From Chrysomallon squamiferum (lineage: Eukaryota; Animalia; Mollusca), in assembly GCA_012295275.1 (NCBI GenBank), contig CM022671.1, positions 5,704,001 through 5,768,000 on the forward strand: a stretch of 64,000 nt of DNA, given 5' to 3'. Under the pieces are notes generated by a model. The model was not told the DNA's origin, searched no databases, and saw nothing but the letters and a program-made list of their open reading frames with translations. How positions within the stretch are numbered: position 1 is the stretch's first letter; each line of letters opens with the position of its first letter. Below are positions 59,090 through 64,000 of this stretch, one piece after another. The translations under genes were made by a program, and so were the position numbers.

Positions 59090-61575
59090 GATTGTATTAA
59101 AAAAAAAAATAATAATAATAATAATAATAATTCTCATGGCTTGCTTCTGTAAAAGAAAACGACAAAAATATTATAAATAACTAATTTTATTCAGCAATAT
59201 AATTTAAAAAAAAAAAAAAAAAAAAAAAATTACGTACGAGGAAGTAATTCGCTTATATTCAGTAAATAGATTATGTGAACGTCTCATTTATCATTAACTG
59301 TTCGAATTTAACCATATTCAGCTTAAAGATGTTCAAGATATATGTTTCTGAGCATATTCACGTTATGCACACATTCATATTTGCATACTTTATGCGATAA
59401 GCGATATCCATAATACAACAATACCTCAGATTAAAGATGTTATTGATTCCAAATTTCCGATAGTGAAGTGAGGTATCGTTAAGCGGGAGACTAATTTACA
59501 TAGAATTAAGGTTATAAGCAATGATTACTTTCTCGCTGATGAAATTTGACCAAAAAAAAAAAAAAAAAAAAAAAAAATAAGGAGAAATAAAACAGCAGTT
59601 TAGACATAAATGATTTAATAGATTATAGATATTAAGTAAACAGTAAATCATTTACAAATCAGTTTATACAAATACATTAAGAAATAATTATATGCCGCTC
59701 ATTGTGGGTTCATTTATGAGGGTCTTGGTTTCATTTAAGATAATGTATTTTGTTTTTAAAGTTATTTTCTTCCGTTTCTTTTTATCATCGGCATTTGCAA
59801 AGATCGTTAAAGCAGGATATCCTTAAGCGAGATATTACTGCATTTATACAATAATAATCGCTTTCAAAATAATCTGGAACAGTTCATTATAATGACTGAG
59901 GTAAAGACATGCATGTCAACAAGACCACTGAGCCTTTCGATTAACTTTCGGGAGTAAACCGGGAATTTGATTCCAGATGGCAGATACCGTTTCCATTCCC
60001 GAGGCAAAGAAGCGTCGTTACACCCCTGAACCCGTGGAAATTAGCCACCACCGACCCCCTTCCACTAGTCAAAGTAGTCAACCCAAGAATTTTGAAACCC
60101 GGGGCTACTGCCCCTGTTTCCCACACCCCACACCACGTTTCGCTACTGGTTTGATTGAATGAAGGAAATATTTTCCAATGTTGTGTAAAGCGCAGACTCC
60201 GTGCATTTTCGGTAAAAGACGGGCCCGAACTCAGTATTGGTATTTTGTGGTATTTTGTGGTTTATTCACGGACTAATAAGACTATTAATAATTGGGGGTG
60301 GGGGTGAGCACCGGTCCGGAAAATGCATAAGTGTAGGAAATAGCGATGGTAGTCATTAATCCTAAAATTTACCGAATTATTATTAAACGTTAGAACACCT
60401 AACAGCTGTATAATACAGTGAACTAACAATGTAATGAAAGTAACTGTTGTTCTATATTTAGAACACGTGTTCTATATTTAGAACAGTTCACAGGGTGCGT
60501 TATGAGATCACTCTTAGTTATGTGGTTTATTTTGGGGGGTTTCTTCTTGTTGTTTTTTTGGGGTTTTTTTTTTTGGTTTAACATCTCTTTTTAATATTTG
60601 TGTAGGCGGATGTGGGAGTGCTATCTAAAGTGGTATCATTTTCTAACTTTATTTTTAAAACTTGTTTAAGAACGTACCAATATCTAAGACCAATCTCAAG
60701 TCTCACATTACTTTGAACATATTTTACATTTTTACATATTTTCATTTTCTTAGCTGTTTTTTTATTATTATTATTATTATAATTATTATTATTATTATTA
60801 TTTTAAGTGTGCATAAAACAGTAGATATTTGCCTGTGTGAAGTTCAAACAAAGTCAGTTCAAGTAAAAAAAAAAAAAACAAAATTTTTAAATGTTTTTAA
60901 ATGTTATTTTTTGTTATTTCCTCCATGTTTGCAGCTAAAATATCTTTTTTTACTTCATTTTGTTGGTATTGTAACCCAAAAAAAAACATAATAATTAAAA
61001 AAAATGTTTATTTCTGTTATTATTTACATTGAAAATTATAATAAAGTAATAATGCATCATTTATATTAAAAAAATATATAAAATAATAATAATAATTTAA
61101 AAAATCAGATTTTACTATTAAAACACTCGCATATTTAAAAGTAATAATACTACTACTAATACTATTACTAATAATAACAAATTTAAAATAATTTATAAAA
61201 TGTCTTCAATGTACTATATATATATATAATAAATTAAAATCACTGGTATTTTTATTTACACTGGACATTATTTAAGAACTATTAATTTTGGGGCAAAAAA
61301 AAAAAAAAAAAAATTAAATATTAATTAATTACTTTTATATATATATTTTTTCAGATGTTATGGAAGGTTTGATGCTGATTAATTCCAGCACACTGCAAGC
61401 TTGTTTATCACAAATGAGATCTAAAAACAACAGCTTGGACTCAATGGAGAATGAACAACCCTCAAAGGAAAATGAGTTTTCCTTCAAAAAGAACGGCAAA
61501 GATGGTGTCATGGTTGATGTGACTGTTGTTGCTGCTGTTGTTACTTTAACATTTATCTGGTGTTGTCCAATGTGA
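50670..61575 (+). CDS. FAMeT-like domain + MEGF10/SREC-type EGF-like repeat cell-surface protein; 7 coding exons, ~445 aa; -1 frameshift at ~52109 in this assembly
   Basis: Exons 50670-50760 (signal-peptide-like MISILPGDVSGNHRFICFWLITSCFCLVQT), 51946-52400 (FAMeT-like), 52741-52887, 53339-53476, 53880-54017 and 55782-55928 (phase 1-1 exons with C..G.(F/Y)G..C...CG.C.....CD...G.C..GC..G(W/F).G..C). The probable last exon 61355-61575 is in frame, has a hydrophobic C-terminus and AATAAA at 61597. The last exon assignment is less certain. Confidence 0.8.
50900..51920. repeat. Intronic minisatellite, ~34 bp unit (aaatactgagtttaaatgacgtactgctataatg)
   Basis: About 20 near-identical head-to-tail copies at 51160-51900 plus degenerate copies to the left; no unique spacers. 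Confidence 0.92.
54380..55149. mobile_element. Non-autonomous Tc1/mariner-pogo-type element
   Basis: Right end atcgttaagcgaggtgttagtg|TA, with an inverted counterpart taatacctcgttttaac near 54385. The body at 54750-55149 is clearly homologous to 58000-58352. Confidence 0.6.
56676..58492. mobile_element. Non-autonomous DNA transposon with GG...CC termini, imperfect TIRs and 8-bp TSD
   Basis: TIRs ggtgtcttcccatttggtagattccc...cccatttcgtagaa and ttctacgaaatgggattctaccatatgggactaagcc. Identical flanks ATTCCAGT at 56668-56675 and 58493-58500. Confidence 0.85.
58559..59988. mobile_element. Second, internally deleted copy of the same DNA transposon family
   Basis: Starts ggtgccttcccatttggtagaattccc and is collinear with 56676-58492 over ~1.4 kb. 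Flanks gtttcatt (58551-58558) and gtttccatt (59989-59997) look like an imperfect TSD. Confidence 0.75.
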
Positions 61576-61643
61576 TAATTATAATGTATTTTCTCGAATA
61601 AATTTTGAAGAATACTTAAAAGTTTGTAATAATGTTAAACAAA

Positions 61644-61679
<36 letters not shown>

Positions 61680-62031
61680 GATAGCAGTATTTATTGTAGT
61701 AACAACAAAAGCAATGAGAACAAGAATAATAGAAAAGAAAATTTTAACAATCTAATTCCTGTTTAAATTTTTAATAAATCTAATTGTTTTTGGCATATTA
61801 TTTCTACAAGAATCCTAATCAATAAGTTTATCTCAGCTTAATTATTATTACTATTAGTAGTAGTACTACTACTACTATCACCATTATTTCTGTTGTTGTT
61901 GTTATTGTTCTTAATCAATATGTTTATCTCAGCTTAATTATTACTACTAGATCCACTATTACTATTATTAGTGCTACTATTAGTATTAGCACTACTTCAA
62001 CTATCACTATTATTTTTGTTGTTGCTGTTGC

Positions 62032-62064
<33 letters not shown>

Positions 62065-62648
62065 GTGTATAAAATCTGATTAAAAAAAAAAAAGTATTAT
62101 TATAATCAATAATTAACAGTTTTAATATTAAAATATTCTCAAAATGGATTTCTGTGTTCTGTGACTCAACATCTTGTTTCGAACTTCTCTACATCCTCTG
62201 CTAGGTCTGTGTTCACTGTACAAAAAAAACTTGGATGTCTGCCATTTCTAGAGTTAAACACTCTTATCAGGATCTGCCACATATGCACATATCCACAGAC
62301 ACATATGTACATAACATACATAACACACATACCATACATGACACACATATACTAATTTATATCCAGAGCATTTGTGCATTTATACATTTACACTAACTGG
62401 AAAACACTAATGCATACATTAACATGCTCAAAAGCTGGAGGTGATTTACTTATTTTGTGTTTGGTGAATGGCAGTATGAACTATATTTTAAACATGTTCT
62501 GTAAATCAGATACACTTATACTGAAGCTAGGATATGGAATTTAAATATATATTTATATATGTTCTCTCCTTATATTTTTCATACCTAGAAAAAAGTAAAA
62601 TTATTTTTATGTAAAATGTCATTTAGATCAAGTATCTACAACCATCAT

Positions 62649-62691
<43 letters not shown>

Positions 62692-63389
62692 TGTATTTAT
62701 TTTACTTATTGTTGTTACTGATAAGAAAATTGATAAATGGATAGTGAAAAAAATTATTTGGGATATATGCATAATGGAAAAATGAATGGATTTGTTAAAA
62801 TGATAAATAAAGAAAACACATTTTAGTAGTTGTAGTAGTTAAGTAATAGCAGCTATAGAAGCATTTATTTAAAAAATAAATAAATAAATAAATAATATTA
62901 AGGATTTTAATCTTGTAAATAGCAGTTAAGAAAATCTAAATAATTAAATAGATGGGTTGAAATGATTGTATCTATCTCCGGATTATAGTTTTAGTTATTT
63001 TAATTTCTTTTTATTTCATTAAAACAGAGATGTATATTTAATGAAACTACACGGATTTATGGATATGAGTGCAGGCACAGTGGATCAAGAGAATCTGTCT
63101 TTTTTAAGAGTAACTGATACTTTGTAATAACAAGATGATGGCAATCCCCAATTGAATTAGTGTATGATTCAAGACCAGATTTCACTGCAGAACAAATACA
63201 AGGCAAACTATGTTTTTCACTACCTAAAATAAAAATTTGCATTCTGTGTTGTTTTTGTCATTTAGTATAGATCATCCAGTAATAAGTAACCAAGCACTTG
63301 TTTGTGATTATGGGGCTGTTTCATGCAGTTAACAACCATGTGCAGGCACCCATTTTTAAAATAATTCCACAAGAGGGCGTTAAGTGCAT

Positions 63390-64000
63390 TTGGGGTACAG
63401 TGAATCAGGGTACACTGGCTCATTTTGACAAGTGATTCACTGTGCCCTGGAAAATTTTCAAAACTTTATTTTTATTTTCCTCAACATAATTATTTTGTAT
63501 CCTTAAGATACCCTCTTAATTAACAGTTTCTATTTTTGCCATTTCAGGCAACACAAGTAATGGTACGCAATAGGAAAAAAAAGGAGAGAGAGAAATAGGA
63601 AATACTGATTGTGGGCAAATGAAAGAAGAAGCTGTTCTCACTGTGAATGATGAGGGAAAAAGTATTCGAAATGTTTGTGCAACACATGATATCAAGTTTT
63701 CAACTCTCCGTAGATATGAGAAAAAGGCATGCACTTCTGAAAACAAAGACTTAATAGCATATTCACCTAAATACAACTGCCTCCAGGTTTTCAGTCAGGA
63801 TAAAGAGATACTTCTGCAGGATTACCTTATTGAAGCATCAAAATTTCAGTACAGGCTGAACAAAAAAACAAAGGAGGAAGAAAGATGGGAACAGCTATTA
63901 TTCTGACAGACGATCAAGGAACAAATAAGAGAAGCAGAACAAAAGAGAAAAAGAAAGAAAAATAAACAAGAGAGCTGAGATATTAAAGAAGTTAGAAAAG
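63390..64000 (+). mobile_element. Degenerate pogo/Tigger-like transposase relic (HTH-psq plus start of CENP-B-type HTH)
   Basis: MKEEAVLTVNDEGKSIRNVCATHDIKFSTLRRY...QVFSQDKEILLQDYLIEASK resembles the pogo-family DNA-binding N-terminus. The upstream ATG at 63560 (MVRNRKKK) is out of frame, no DDE domain is seen, and short direct/inverted repeats (gggtacagtgaatca / tgattcactgtgccc) lie at 63392-63447. Confidence 0.7.

Noticed and set aside
59941-60162. Short GC-richer ORFs on both strands
   Set aside because: They overlap a transposon end and probable repeat fragments, lack splice sites fitting the EGF gene and show no domain signal.

Overview
Eukaryotic, very AT-rich, microsatellite-dense genomic DNA with spliceosomal introns. 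It looks invertebrate and probably molluscan/cephalopod (inference from composition and gene content). I reconstructed four multi-exon genes by hand from splice sites and reading phases. (1) A two-exon, divergent Shaw/Kv3-like K+ channel on the - strand (344-2538) with a degenerate voltage sensor. (2) A giant 39-exon single-pass cadherin on the - strand (5190-36211, ~3250 aa): signal peptide, FAMeT-like (Methyltransf_FA) domain, 27 cadherin repeats built from a repeated 4-domain/5-exon cassette, TM, short tail. (3) A short sibling on the - strand (38770-47150, ~838 aa) with the same layout but one cassette (5 cadherin repeats). (4) A divergently transcribed + strand gene (50670-61575, ~445 aa): signal peptide, FAMeT-like domain, four Cys-rich EGF-type exons, C-terminal hydrophobic tail. 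Genes 2-4 form a cluster of cell-surface proteins that display the same kind of tip domain on stalks of different length and type. The tip exons of genes 2 and 4 share a ~185-nt near-identical inverted tract. Four single-base frameshifts in short homopolymers interrupt genes 2 and 4 and may be assembly errors. Introns hold several MITE-like DNA transposons, minisatellites and duplicated splice sites; a pogo-like transposase relic ends the window. Domain names come from motif recognition, not database searches.
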